The position numbers were made by a program, and so were the translations under genes. A stretch of 64,000 bases of DNA, from the IMG/VR virus record IMGVR_UViG_2772190730_000001, positions 1 through 64,000 of that record; one strand, written 5' to 3'. Source of the DNA: a virus (Duplodnaviria; Caudoviricetes). The notes under the pieces are model-generated. The model saw only the letters and a list, made by a program, of their open reading frames with translations. It was not told where the DNA came from and searched no databases. Positions 28,203 to 37,741 of the stretch are shown here, piece by piece; position 1 is the stretch's first letter, and every line of letters starts with the position of its first letter.

Positions 28203-28984
28203 CAGCTCACGGTCACCGTCATGGCGCCGTTGATGATCGAGTTCGCGTCCCGGGGCACGGTCACCGTGACCGTCTTGCTGCCCAGGGGGCCGCCGGTCGT
28301 CGTCGCCGTGAACGCGGTGATCGCGCCGTTGGCATCGGTGCTGGTGGCCGTGAACACGCCGGTCGCCCCATCGGGCCACACGATGCTCCCGCCCGTGATC
28401 GTGCCGGCCGAGTTCGCGGTGGGCGCCGCCGAGAAGGTGAACGCCGCGGTGAGCGCCCATGCCTTCAGCTGCTCGGTCCGGTTGGCATAGGTGCCAGGAA
28501 GTGCGGCCAGCGCGGTGCTGACGTCGGCCGAGTTGGCCTTCGCGCCCAGCGCGGTGTTCACGTCCGAGGTGTTCGCCTTGGCGCCCAGGGCAGCGGAGAC
28601 CTCGGCCACTGCCACGACGTCCGCGCCGGTGACGTTGCCCGAGCTCTTGCCGAGCACCGTGCCGAACTGCGGCGTCCCAGTCGGCAGGCCGACGACCTGT
28701 GCTCCCGAGAAGTCCTGCTGCCCGGTGAACGAGTTCCCGCCCGTGCGCTGGGCTGCCCCGGTGATCCGGGAGTCGTTGCCCTGCGCAGCGGTGCCCGAGG
28801 TCGTTCCGAACGAGACCGTCCCCGAGGAGTACGGCAGGCTGTTCCAGGCGGTGGTGCCGTCGCCGTACTTGACCTTCTTGGTGTCGGTCTCCAGCCCGGG
28901 CTCCCCGAGCAGCAGGACCGGGTTAACGGACGTCCAGTTTGCCGAGGTGTCGCGGCGGACCTGGATCGGCTTCAGCTGTGCCAT
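28202..28984 (-). CDS. Fibre protein with Mtd-N/hyaluronidase-N-like head and WPDG module
   Basis: IQVRRDTSANWTSVNPVLLLGEPGLETDTKKVKYGDGTTAWNSLPY motif. Confidence 0.8.
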   Translation of the reverse strand: MAQLKPIQVRRDTSANWTSVNPVLLLGEPGLETDTKKVKYGDGTTAWNSLPYSSGTVSFGTTSGTAAQGNDSRITGAAQRTGGNSFTGQQDFSGAQVVGLPTGTPQFGTVLGKSSGNVTGADVVAVAEVSAALGAKANTSDVNTALGAKANSADVSTALAALPGTYANRTEQLKAWALTAAFTFSAAPTANSAGTITGGSIVWPDGATGVFTATSTDANGAITAFTATTTGGPLGSKTVTVTVPRDANSIINGAMTVTVS

Positions 28985-29418
28985 CAGGCGGTACCTCCAT
29001 CAATTCCCGTGCTCGTGTACGTGCTGGAGGCAGTGCCGCCGTCGATGCCGTCATCAGAACCGCCAGCGCCGACCAACTGGGTGAGGTTCGCGATAGCTGC
29101 CGTGTTCGCCGCCAGCTGCTGAGCGACCGTGTCCCACGAGCCCGCGGTCAGGCCCTGAGCGGCCTGCCACCCGGCCGTCACCGCCCGGGCCACGCTGCCC
29201 TCTACGGCCCGCGCCGACAGCGTCAGCACGTCCCCGGAGATCGACTCCACGGTCACGACCTCGGCGTTGTCCGGGGTCGGTTCCCCGGCTGGCCACAGCA
29301 CCAGCGAGCCCGTGCTGAAGCGGGATCCGTGCCCCGTCGAAACGGTCAAGGAAAGGCCCGAGATCGCGGGCGAGGGGGCCAGGGCAACGACGCTCTGGCC
29401 GAAGTTCTTGGATGCCAT
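28984..29418 (-). CDS. Fibre-associated protein
   Basis: EVVTVESISGDVLTL..RAVEG motif and C-terminal IDGGTA repeats. Confidence 0.65.
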   Translation of the reverse strand: MASKNFGQSVVALAPSPAISGLSLTVSTGHGSRFSTGSLVLWPAGEPTPDNAEVVTVESISGDVLTLSARAVEGSVARAVTAGWQAAQGLTAGSWDTVAQQLAANTAAIANLTQLVGAGGSDDGIDGGTASSTYTSTGIDGGTA

Positions 29419-29427
29419 GACCGCCTC

Positions 29428-30216
29428 TCAGTTCGGGCCGGTGTAGGCGAGGACGTTGACCGAGCCGGACCCGAGCGCGATTGCGACCAGGCCGGTGTTC
29501 GTAACCGTGAGCGTCACTCCGGTCTTCGTTTTCGTGCCGGCCTTCGACGCCACGCTGAGTTTCCCCAGCACGGAGGCGCCACCGTCGAGAGTGGGCAGCA
29601 CGGTGTACGTGGTGTTCGGCATCGGAGTCGACCAGGTGACCGCCAGGTCCGTGTTCCCCAGCGCGAGAGCCGGCAGAGACGGCGTTGCCGTGCGAATCTC
29701 GACCTTCGCCGCCTGCAGCGCCGCGATCGCAGCCTGGGCGTCAGCGAGAGCCGCCGACAGTTGCTGCCCGGCCGCGGTGCGCGCGGTGACCTCGGTGGCC
29801 AACTGGGCAGCGATCTGATCGACCTGCCCGTGCAGCGCCTGCCGGTCTGTGAGCGATGCGGCCAGCTGCCCTTGATAGTCGGCGGCCAGCGACTGCAGGG
29901 TCACCGTCCGGGCGTCCGACGCTGCCGTGGCGGCGGCCAGCTGAGCCATCGTCGGAACCGGTGTGACGATGCGCGGCTGACCGCCCAGCACGGTGACCGG
30001 GTCGACGTTCAGGACGTTCCCAGCGCTGTCGGTCACGGTGAGCCGGACCGGCCCGTCCATCAGCCAGAACGTCGCCTCGCCAGTGAAAGTCACCGGCAGA
30101 GCGGCCAGGCTGCCTGCCCGGTCGGAGAACACCCGGACCGGGGTGCCCTCCTGATTGATGACGCGGGTCAGGGTGAGAGCCTGACCGGTCGCCCTGATCG
30201 TGATGCTTCCGGTCAC
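29428..30216 (-). CDS. Fibre-like protein with central coiled coil
   Basis: Heptad-rich middle and a beta-rich C-terminal domain. Confidence 0.6.
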   Translation of the reverse strand: MTGSITIRATGQALTLTRVINQEGTPVRVFSDRAGSLAALPVTFTGEATFWLMDGPVRLTVTDSAGNVLNVDPVTVLGGQPRIVTPVPTMAQLAAATAASDARTVTLQSLAADYQGQLAASLTDRQALHGQVDQIAAQLATEVTARTAAGQQLSAALADAQAAIAALQAAKVEIRTATPSLPALALGNTDLAVTWSTPMPNTTYTVLPTLDGGASVLGKLSVASKAGTKTKTGVTLTVTNTGLVAIALGSGSVNVLAYTGPN

Positions 30217-30246
30217 GCCCCAACCCCCGTTGCGTTGCGCGGCCGA

Positions 30247-30813
30247 CTAGTTCGCGGTGCCCTTGGCCGGAGGACGCCGACGACCAGCAGGCTGCTTGCC
30301 CGTGGCGACGGTCTGCCCGGTGGCCTCGACCGCGGCCTTCCGTTCCTGCGCGGCCTCCTTCACCGCGGCGTCCTCGTCGTCGGCCGACTGCTCGTCGTCG
30401 GCCACGGTCGCCCCCAGGTTCTTCAGCTCCCGCTTGATCTGGGTGATGCGGGACTTCAGCTTCTTGTTGTCGTCGAACTCGGCCCGGCGGGCCAGGCCCT
30501 CGTACTCCTCGCGCAGGGCCCGCACCGTGTCCCGGTCCCGGTCGAGGACCAGCCGGTCGGCCTCCGCGGCCGCGGCGAGCTTGCCCTCCCGCTGGAGGAC
30601 CTCCAGGTTCGCCTGCGTCGGCGACGGGATCACGTCCGGGTCGACGTGCGTGAGCCGGGTGCCGGACTCGTCGACCACGACGTCGGCGTTGGCGAGGTCG
30701 GGGGGCAGCGGCTTGTTGTCGCCGTCGAGCAGTTCGTTGGTGGGGTCCACCTCGACGTTCGGGGTGTGGGTGCCCTCGGCCGCGCGGGCCTTGTCCAGTG
30801 CGTCATCAGCCAT
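30247..30813 (-). CDS. Acidic head-associated protein downstream of the capsid gene
   Basis: GGGAGG RBS; typical position. Confidence 0.65.
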   Translation of the reverse strand: MADDALDKARAAEGTHTPNVEVDPTNELLDGDNKPLPPDLANADVVVDESGTRLTHVDPDVIPSPTQANLEVLQREGKLAAAAEADRLVLDRDRDTVRALREEYEGLARRAEFDDNKKLKSRITQIKRELKNLGATVADDEQSADDEDAAVKEAAQERKAAVEATGQTVATGKQPAGRRRPPAKGTAN

Positions 30814-30866
30814 GTCGGCCGACCTCCCAATGTGTCTGACGGATGCGGGTTCTGGTGGTGCTGGTG

Positions 30867-30908
30867 CGCGAGCAGCCGACCCGGGGTTGCCCGGGTCGGC
30901 TGCTCGCG
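30867..30908 (-). terminator. Strong hairpin after the major capsid gene
   Basis: Perfect 19-bp stem CGCGAGCAGCCGACCCGGG with a 4-nt loop. Confidence 0.8.
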
Positions 30909-30918
30909 GGAGGTCGGA

Positions 30919-32433
30919 CTAGACGCCGGTCCAGCCGGGGGTGGCCAGGCCGGTGCCGGTGATCTTCTGCGCGTTGGGCAGCCGGGAGTGCGTGTACGCA
31001 AAGTAGCCGTACAAAACGAGCAAAACGCCCAGGCTGGCTGCGGCGGGCTGCTCGGCCCGGATGAACAGCGGAGCCTCCGGGTCCTCCCAGAGGTGGCACT
31101 CGGACTTGTCGACGACGTAGACCTCGTCCTGGTTGGTGCCAGCGCCGAGGTTGACCGCGACGTTGGCGTCCACGATCACGGGCAGGCCGTTCGGGAGGAC
31201 ACCGCGCAGGCCCCGCCCGTAGACCTCGCCGTAGTTCGCGCCCAGGGTCTGCGCGAGGGTCTGCGGCTGGCTGATCAGCGGCCACGTCGAGGACATGGCC
31301 TGGTTGAGCCAGAACCAGCGACGCGAGTTCATGATCGCGATGTTGTCGCCGGTGGCCAGGTCCAGCATGGCCGCCTCGACCCCGGCCGCGGCCTGCGACA
31401 GGAGCGGAGCGAACTCTGCGACCGTCGGGGACGCGTCGGTGTAGGTGATGGTGTTCGCGACCGCCGACAGGCCCGTGGTCGCCTGGTTCAGCAGGATGCC
31501 GTCCAGGCCCGAGGAGTACCGCCGGTACAGGTCGTCCATGACGACCGGCTCGGTGCCCGCCCCGCGCTCGATGGACTGCCGGGACATCGTCTGCTGGCCG
31601 GCGTTCGTCTGGACGCTGATGGTCAGCAGGGTGTCGTCGATGTCCTGGTTGACGACGGCGGTGTTCTCCGTCGCCTGCAGGCCGGTCGCGGTGGGGGTGG
31701 TGATCCGGGAGATGTTCACGGTCATGCCCTGGGCGGGCAGGTCGTGGTGGTTGCAGACGTCCGCGAACGGCCGGCGGGCGGCGGTCGCGGGCGCGTACAT
31801 GTCGGTGAGGTACTGCGGGACCGTGAGTCCGGCGAACGCGCCGGTGCCCACCGCGCGGGTCAGGTACTGGCCGCGCTCGACGCGCTCTTCGCGCATGTGC
31901 GCGCGGAGCCGGTCCTGGGCCTCGTAGTCGCCCATGAACGCGGCGGCCACGTCGGTCTCGAAACCGGCGCCCGGCTTCACACCCCGACGGAACCGGCCCG
32001 CACCCTGGTCGAAGCCGCGCTCCTTGTGCGGGGCGTACTGCCGCTCCTCCGACACGACCCGGTGGACCTGGTCGTAGGCGCGGGACTGCGGGGCACCGGC
32101 CTGGCCGGCGGGCTCACCGGCGGCGACCCGGGCGGCCGGGGTCGGCGCGGTCTGCTCCTGCTCCCGCTCGACCTGGCCCTCGTCGGCGGACGCGGCGGTC
32201 AGCTCGTCCAGGGAACGCTTCGCGGTGTCGAACTGCCGCTCGGCCGTCGCAGCCTGCTCGCGCAGGGTCTGCATCTCCTGCTGCTCCAGGCCAGTCAGCT
32301 TGTCGCGGCCCTCGTCGCGGGCCTGCGTGGTGATCCCGCGCTGGCGGGCGATGGCCTGGTCGTAGGTGGTCTTGAACCCGGTGACCTCGGCGCGCTTGGC
32401 CTCGATCAGATCGGGCAGGGTCAGAGTCGGCAT
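30919..32433 (-). CDS. Major capsid protein (HK97 fold, N-terminal delta/scaffold domain)
   Basis: Coiled-coil N-terminus, GLPVIVDANV motif, GAGAGGAG RBS. Confidence 0.92.
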   Translation of the reverse strand: MPTLTLPDLIEAKRAEVTGFKTTYDQAIARQRGITTQARDEGRDKLTGLEQQEMQTLREQAATAERQFDTAKRSLDELTAASADEGQVEREQEQTAPTPAARVAAGEPAGQAGAPQSRAYDQVHRVVSEERQYAPHKERGFDQGAGRFRRGVKPGAGFETDVAAAFMGDYEAQDRLRAHMREERVERGQYLTRAVGTGAFAGLTVPQYLTDMYAPATAARRPFADVCNHHDLPAQGMTVNISRITTPTATGLQATENTAVVNQDIDDTLLTISVQTNAGQQTMSRQSIERGAGTEPVVMDDLYRRYSSGLDGILLNQATTGLSAVANTITYTDASPTVAEFAPLLSQAAAGVEAAMLDLATGDNIAIMNSRRWFWLNQAMSSTWPLISQPQTLAQTLGANYGEVYGRGLRGVLPNGLPVIVDANVAVNLGAGTNQDEVYVVDKSECHLWEDPEAPLFIRAEQPAAASLGVLLVLYGYFAYTHSRLPNAQKITGTGLATPGWTGV

Positions 32434-32604
32434 GGCCGGACTCCTCTCGGCTCGTGATGGTGGGAGTTGGGCTGCCCGCCCGCACGCGCCAGTCACATCC
32501 GCCTGGCATGGCGAGAGCGCAGGACAACCGGCCACATCCGTCCGGCAGAGTCCTTGCAGCAGAACCGGAACCCGTCAGGGCCCCGGTGGTTGAGAGGGGG
32601 TGGA

Positions 32605-33642
32605 TCAGAAGGTGAGCTCGCGCGCAGCATCGAGCTCGGTGGCAAGGAAATCGACGCGCTCGGGCACGAACTCGGGCTTGCTCGCCTCGGCCCGGGACGC
32701 CGGGGTGGTGACGCCGAGCAGCACGCTCAGCGGCCCCTCACCGGCCAGGACGTCGAGGTCCCCGGTCGCGGCCCGCTCCAGGAGGGCGGCCAGGACGGCA
32801 CGCTCTTCGTCGCCGACCGAGTTCTGGAGGATGCACGCTCGCAGGTGCTGCACATCCTGCGCGGCCGCGGCGGCCACGCTCAGGCCGGCGCCCCGCTGGC
32901 CCTGGTCGTCAAGACGCTCAGCCAGGACACCCCGGGCCGCGTTCAGCGCGCCCTCGTCGATCTGCCGCAGCGCCCGCATCACCTCGGCCCGCAGCTCGAA
33001 CTGGGCGGCCCTGGCCTCGATGCTGGTGTGGGGGTTCGCGCCGAACGTCACCGGCGAAACGTCGCCGCGCTCGAGGTCGAACTCGTTGATCCGGTACTCG
33101 GTGTAGTCCGGGGACCACTGCCCGGCCGTGATGCCGAACATGAACGACATCTCGTTGATCGAGCCGTCCTCGACGGCCTGGTACAGGTTCTGGGCGTCCG
33201 AGCGTCCCGGGTTCAGGCGGGCCGTGTTCAGCAGGCCCGTGGTGTCTTCGAGCAGGTCGAGGGTCCCGGACGTGGTGCGGGCGAACGGCCACCCGCCGTG
33301 GTTCACCTGGTAGACCACGTTCGGTCCCGTGGACAGCGTCTTCGCGCCGGCGCCGGCCGTCACGATCTCGGTGTAGGGGCCGGCCCAGTCCCACATCTCG
33401 TAGCCGCGCTCGTACACCGTCGCGTACCCGGTGATCTGCAGGAAGTCCTTCCCGCCGACCTGGACACGTTCGGCGCGCATCTGCGCCGGCTGCGGCGCGG
33501 ACCGGCGCAGGGCCGACACGTTGTCCGGCGGCGCGGACCGAAACGACTGCCCGGCCCGGCCCAGCTTGTCGCTGCTGCTGCGTACCGCCTTCTCCGCTGC
33601 TGCGGCGCGCTTCTGCGCGGCCTCCTGCATGCTGACGCTCAT
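32605..33642 (-). CDS. HK97-family prohead protease
   Basis: GYATVY, VNHGG, MSFMF and DVSPVTFGANPHT motifs. Confidence 0.9.
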   Translation of the reverse strand: MSVSMQEAAQKRAAAAEKAVRSSSDKLGRAGQSFRSAPPDNVSALRRSAPQPAQMRAERVQVGGKDFLQITGYATVYERGYEMWDWAGPYTEIVTAGAGAKTLSTGPNVVYQVNHGGWPFARTTSGTLDLLEDTTGLLNTARLNPGRSDAQNLYQAVEDGSINEMSFMFGITAGQWSPDYTEYRINEFDLERGDVSPVTFGANPHTSIEARAAQFELRAEVMRALRQIDEGALNAARGVLAERLDDQGQRGAGLSVAAAAAQDVQHLRACILQNSVGDEERAVLAALLERAATGDLDVLAGEGPLSVLLGVTTPASRAEASKPEFVPERVDFLATELDAARELTF

Positions 33643-34937
33643 CTGCCGTCCCTTCCGCCCGGCGGCGTCCAGCCGCTTCCAATGGCCAGCCGCTCGGCTG
33701 GAAGATGTGTCGCAGTGACCTCGATGACCGGTCGGCCACCGGGGAGTGCCCAGCCCCCGCCACGTTCCACGGGCTGCGGGGCTGGTTGCTTCGTCGGCCA
33801 GAGCCGGTCGAACTGGGCGTAGTCGCTGTCGGTCAGCGGCCGCAGATTGTCGTAGGCGCGCGCCTCGTCCGGGGTCCGCAGCCGGGCCGCTACCTGGCCG
33901 GCCAGGATCGCTGCGCGGGTCTGCGGGTCCATGCGCAGCATCGCGTCCGAGTTCAGCTTCACCAGCCGAGGCTCGGCCAGCGCACCCGACAGCGCCCGTT
34001 CCCGCCGGAAAACGGCCGGGCCCACGTTGATGACGAGCAGCTGCAGGTTCCGCTGGGTGACGTTGGCGTACGTGATGTTCCCCGTCGCCGAGTCCGCGTC
34101 GATCATGTCCGCGGGCACATCGAGGAACCGGGCAACATCGGTCACGCCGTACCGCATCTCGTCCAGGAACGCGGCACTGTTCGCGTCGCCGGCTGCGGTG
34201 TTCCATTCCCAGTCCGAGCCGGTGACGAACGGTTCCCGGTTCGCGGCGGCAACCTTGAACCGGGCCTTCATCTCGGCAGCGGCCTCAGGGGTGAGGGTCT
34301 TCGCGGTGTTCTTCAGCGTCCCGCCCGGGTGAGCGCCGTTCGTGTACCAGTCCAGGGCGAACTGCTGCGCGGACAGGTACCCGCCGATCGACATAGCCGC
34401 ATACGCGATTGGCGAGAGCCCCACCGGGGAACCCGCCACTACGTACTGCTTCTCGTGCCAGATCAGCGACGGATCCAAGATCTCCCCGCCGATGCGGTAG
34501 CCCGTGATCTTGCGGCCCTTCGTCAGCACCGAAACCTCACCGGCGGCCAGCAGCTCGATCTGTGCCGGCCGCCCGGCCGCGTCCTTCGCAGTGATCAGCC
34601 CGAACGTGTTGCCGTACCGGTCCAGGTCGACCTGCGTGGACCACATCCACTGGGTGATGTCGACACCCGGCGAAGGGCTCTTCAGCCAGGCCGGTTTCGT
34701 TACCTCGACCAGGACGCCGTCCACGGTGCGGAAGACGTCCACCGGCATGGTGGAGATCAGGTTGGCCCGAAGCCGCAGGCATGCCCAGACAGCGGAGTGC
34801 CGCAGCGCTGACTCTGGGGTGACCCCGTGGGGGCCGCCCAGGCGCCGCCCGGACCGGTCCGTCCAGCCGATGACGTCCGAGGCCAGGTCCCGCTTGGACA
34901 GGCCGACCGCGTGGAGGGCGCGCTGGAGCCAGCTCAC
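33639..34937 (-). CDS. Portal protein (HK97 family)
   Basis: SAVWACLRLRA, GLSPIAYA and IARFxDVP-like motifs. Confidence 0.92.
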   Translation of the reverse strand: MSWLQRALHAVGLSKRDLASDVIGWTDRSGRRLGGPHGVTPESALRHSAVWACLRLRANLISTMPVDVFRTVDGVLVEVTKPAWLKSPSPGVDITQWMWSTQVDLDRYGNTFGLITAKDAAGRPAQIELLAAGEVSVLTKGRKITGYRIGGEILDPSLIWHEKQYVVAGSPVGLSPIAYAAMSIGGYLSAQQFALDWYTNGAHPGGTLKNTAKTLTPEAAAEMKARFKVAAANREPFVTGSDWEWNTAAGDANSAAFLDEMRYGVTDVARFLDVPADMIDADSATGNITYANVTQRNLQLLVINVGPAVFRRERALSGALAEPRLVKLNSDAMLRMDPQTRAAILAGQVAARLRTPDEARAYDNLRPLTDSDYAQFDRLWPTKQPAPQPVERGGGWALPGGRPVIEVTATHLPAERLAIGSGWTPPGGRDGR

Positions 34938-34971
34938 CGGCGCCTCCTCCCGGCCAGGCCAGTGCCGGGCA

Positions 34972-36462
34972 TCAATAGGCGCTCTGAAGCACGTCGTAGT
35001 CGCTTTCGCGTTCCCGTTCGGCCAGCCACATAGCGCCGGTCAGGGCCCGCAAGGGCGCGATGTTCGCGCCCGAGCTCGTTCGGCCCCAGTCCCAGCCGCC
35101 GTCACCGACGGTCCGTTTCACCGCCACCGTGAACGCGCCGTCCAGGATCGGGTCCTCGGTGTGCGTCCAGGCCTGATCGACGGACAGCTTCTGCAGGTGC
35201 GCGGCCGCCGCCCGGCAATCCGTGCCGGACATCGGCTCCAGGTCCAGGCCGGCGGCCATCAGCTTCGGCAGCAGCGCCACCGCGGCCCCGGTCGCGTCGT
35301 AGGCCAAGTTCGCGTCCGGGTACCGCTGCCGCAGCTGCAGCAGGCGAGGGAGAACCCAGTCCGTTCCCGGCAGCGCGTCGGCCAGCTCCCCGTGAGGAAC
35401 CGGAGACGCGATCGACGCCCCGATCGCGGCGGCCACCATGCCGGGCGCCACGTCGAGCACGAACGCGCGCCGGCCAACCGGCAGCTCCCGGGTGGTCGGG
35501 ACGCTGGTCTGCGTCCACTCGTCCTCGCTGATCGGCTTCTCCCCGTACGAAGCGTCGTCCCACCAGCCGAGCCGCTCCCGGGCGAACTCCGCCGCAGGCA
35601 TCGCCCGCCGCTCCGACCGCACGAACTCGATGTCGATGCGCCGGCCGATCGCAGGGTTCGCCTGGCGCCAGAAGTCCTCCCGGTCCAGCGAGCACCCCGG
35701 CGTACCGGGGATGTGCTGGCAGGACTCCAGCAGGCAGCCCGGCTCGGCCATCGACCCCGGAGCGCACCACTCGATGTACGCGGGCGCTCCGGCTCCACCG
35801 GCACGGCCCCGGTCCCGGACGCCCCGCAGGATCGCCGAGCCGGCCAGGCCAGCCGATGAGCAGTAGATGACCTTCGCGCGGCGACGGGTCGACAGCGTCG
35901 GCAGCAGCGAGCCCATGTGCGCGGGCAGCAGAGCGAACGCCTCGTCCAGGACCACGATGTCCCCGGTCAGGCCTCGGCCACCGGTCCGGACCCGGGCCCG
36001 GAACATCAGCCGCTTGCCGCCGGCGAACTCGAACTCTTCCTCGCCGTTCCCCCGGGACACCTTCGTGACCCGGCGGGACAGGAACGAATGTCCGGCGATC
36101 AGCTCGTCGAAGTGGCGGAACGTCTCCTGGGCGGTGCGGAACTCGTGCGCCGACCAGACGATCAGCCTCACCGGCTGTAGCCCGGGCCGGTCCGGCTCCA
36201 CCAGGTGCGTCAGCACGACCCGTTCCGCACAGAACGTCTTCAGGTTCTGCCGGCACGTGATGATCGCGCTCTCCAGCGTGGCCGGGCGCCCGTCGTCCCG
36301 CAGCGACGTGGCCACGTCCACAGCCAGCTGCTGCTCCGGGTCCATCGGCGTACCGATGGCCTCCGACAGCATCGCGACCTCACGGACCAGCGACCGATCC
36401 CGAGGAGGCGTCCACACGTAGGCGGGCGGAACCTCGAGCCCCGCGAAGGCGGGGGCGCTCAC
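34972..36462 (-). CDS. Terminase large subunit
   Basis: CRQNLKT Walker A variant, VLDEA Walker B, RERLGWW, VLDV nuclease Asp; GTGA overlap with the small subunit. Confidence 0.9.
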   Translation of the reverse strand: MSAPAFAGLEVPPAYVWTPPRDRSLVREVAMLSEAIGTPMDPEQQLAVDVATSLRDDGRPATLESAIITCRQNLKTFCAERVVLTHLVEPDRPGLQPVRLIVWSAHEFRTAQETFRHFDELIAGHSFLSRRVTKVSRGNGEEEFEFAGGKRLMFRARVRTGGRGLTGDIVVLDEAFALLPAHMGSLLPTLSTRRRAKVIYCSSAGLAGSAILRGVRDRGRAGGAGAPAYIEWCAPGSMAEPGCLLESCQHIPGTPGCSLDREDFWRQANPAIGRRIDIEFVRSERRAMPAAEFARERLGWWDDASYGEKPISEDEWTQTSVPTTRELPVGRRAFVLDVAPGMVAAAIGASIASPVPHGELADALPGTDWVLPRLLQLRQRYPDANLAYDATGAAVALLPKLMAAGLDLEPMSGTDCRAAAAHLQKLSVDQAWTHTEDPILDGAFTVAVKRTVGDGGWDWGRTSSGANIAPLRALTGAMWLAERERESDYDVLQSAY

Positions 36463-36899
36463 CCGGCACCAAAGATGTGGTCGATGACGTCGGCCTCCGG
36501 TCGCGCGTCGGCCATGGCTGCCTCCATCGCGGCCCGAAGCTCTCGGGACAGTGAGGCGGCTCCAGCCGCCGTGTGGTTGCCCCGCCCCGCTGTCATCATC
36601 TGGGCGAGCTCCATCACGAGAGCTCCCTCCGGGCAGTCCAGCCGGCCAACCGACTCGAGCTTCTGGCGGTACGAATCCACCAGCGAAGAGGGCGCATACA
36701 GCGGTTCGGTGTTTGTCGTCGTGGACGTGCGTTGAGATTGCCGTTTCGGTGCGGCTTTTGGCTTTGCCTCGTGCAGCTGGATCACCCGGGGGTTGCCCCG
36801 ATTCCGAGGAGGCCTGCACTTCTCGCAGAACTCCCGAGGCCGGGCTCGACCCTGCTGCGGCGGAATCACACCCCCGCACTCCTTGCACCTGCGCTCCAC
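36459..36899 (-). CDS. Putative terminase small subunit
   Basis: N-terminal CxxC...CxxC, helical C-terminus, coupled to terL. Confidence 0.7.
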   Translation of the reverse strand: MERRCKECGGVIPPQQGRARPREFCEKCRPPRNRGNPRVIQLHEAKPKAAPKRQSQRTSTTTNTEPLYAPSSLVDSYRQKLESVGRLDCPEGALVMELAQMMTAGRGNHTAAGAASLSRELRAAMEAAMADARPEADVIDHIFGAG

Positions 36900-36905
36900 G
36901 ACGGA

Positions 36906-37493
36906 TCACCCCACAAGGGCGAGCTGGACGACACCGCCCAGGCCTCGCCGTGAGTTGCAGCGCCGATGAGCCAGCGCCACGTTCGCGTAGGAGTGCTCAC
37001 CGCCCAGAACGATCGGCACCAGGTGATCGAGAGTCGGACCCATCGCGTGACGACCGCTCAGAGTCCGGTCCACCTCGCTGCCGCAAAGGTGGCAGCGCCA
37101 GCGGTCCCGATCGAACACCACATCGGGCTCCACTAGATCCACGATGACCAACTGCAGCCGGGCACGGCGCGCAGCGCAGCGCGCACGGTCACGAGCCCTG
37201 CGGCTGGCGCGAGCCCGCACCGGGTCACGCTTGGTGGCCTTGAACAATTGGCCGCATCGCACACTGCACGTCTGCGTCGGTCCACCACCACCGGATTTCC
37301 GCCGGCGGAAGCGCGCCCCGCAGATCGGGCAAGTTGCCATACTGCGCTCCCCAGTTGCATAGGCCGCGACCGGCGCCTTGCCCTCGCGGCGACATGGCCG
37401 ACACGTGGCCAACCCCGGCGGGAGGGATCCCCGACCCTGGAACAGAAGCGCGCCGCAGCCCCCGGCACATGGGGTATCCGCTCGTCGCGGCAT
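36906..37493 (-). CDS. HNH endonuclease
   Basis: RDRWRCHLCG, TLDHLVP and AHRRCNSRRG motifs. Confidence 0.88.
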   Translation of the reverse strand: MPRRADTPCAGGCGALLFQGRGSLPPGLATCRPCRREGKAPVAAYATGERSMATCPICGARFRRRKSGGGGPTQTCSVRCGQLFKATKRDPVRARASRRARDRARCAARRARLQLVIVDLVEPDVVFDRDRWRCHLCGSEVDRTLSGRHAMGPTLDHLVPIVLGGEHSYANVALAHRRCNSRRGLGGVVQLALVG

Positions 37494-37512
37494 CACAGCT
37501 CCCGGGAATGGC

Positions 37513-37741
37513 GAAGGCCCCACGCCGGGAGACGTGGGGCCTTCTGGCCCGGCTGATCAGGCCGGACTGACTTAGTCGACTTACTAAACCGAGCGCTCTG
37601 GCTTAAACCCGCGCTCGGGGATTTGTGGGGGACGCAAGACGGGGTCCTGGAAGCTCCACCCAAAAAACTCGAATCGGACATACCTGCCGAGCGTCCCTCG
37701 GGTGCCCGTTTCGCCTGTACCGGTGGGTTCCTACTGCCTGG
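37513..37741. other. Non-coding dyad-rich region, candidate cos/packaging site
   Basis: Several inverted repeats and an A6 tract (CCCAAAAAACTCG) between two HNH-type genes upstream of terS. Confidence 0.45.

Noticed and set aside
26331-28984. Possible diversity-generating retroelement (Mtd-N-like domain and duplicated C-termini)
   Set aside because: No reverse transcriptase in the window, and the two C-termini differ broadly rather than only at adenines, so they are not a TR/VR pair.
28939-32457. 1172-aa plus-strand ORF
   Set aside because: Shadow of the capsid and fibre genes, which have RBSs and recognisable motifs.
32434-32604. Possible structured ncRNA between protease and capsid genes
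   Set aside because: No convincing stems or family motif seen; consistent with an ordinary leader.
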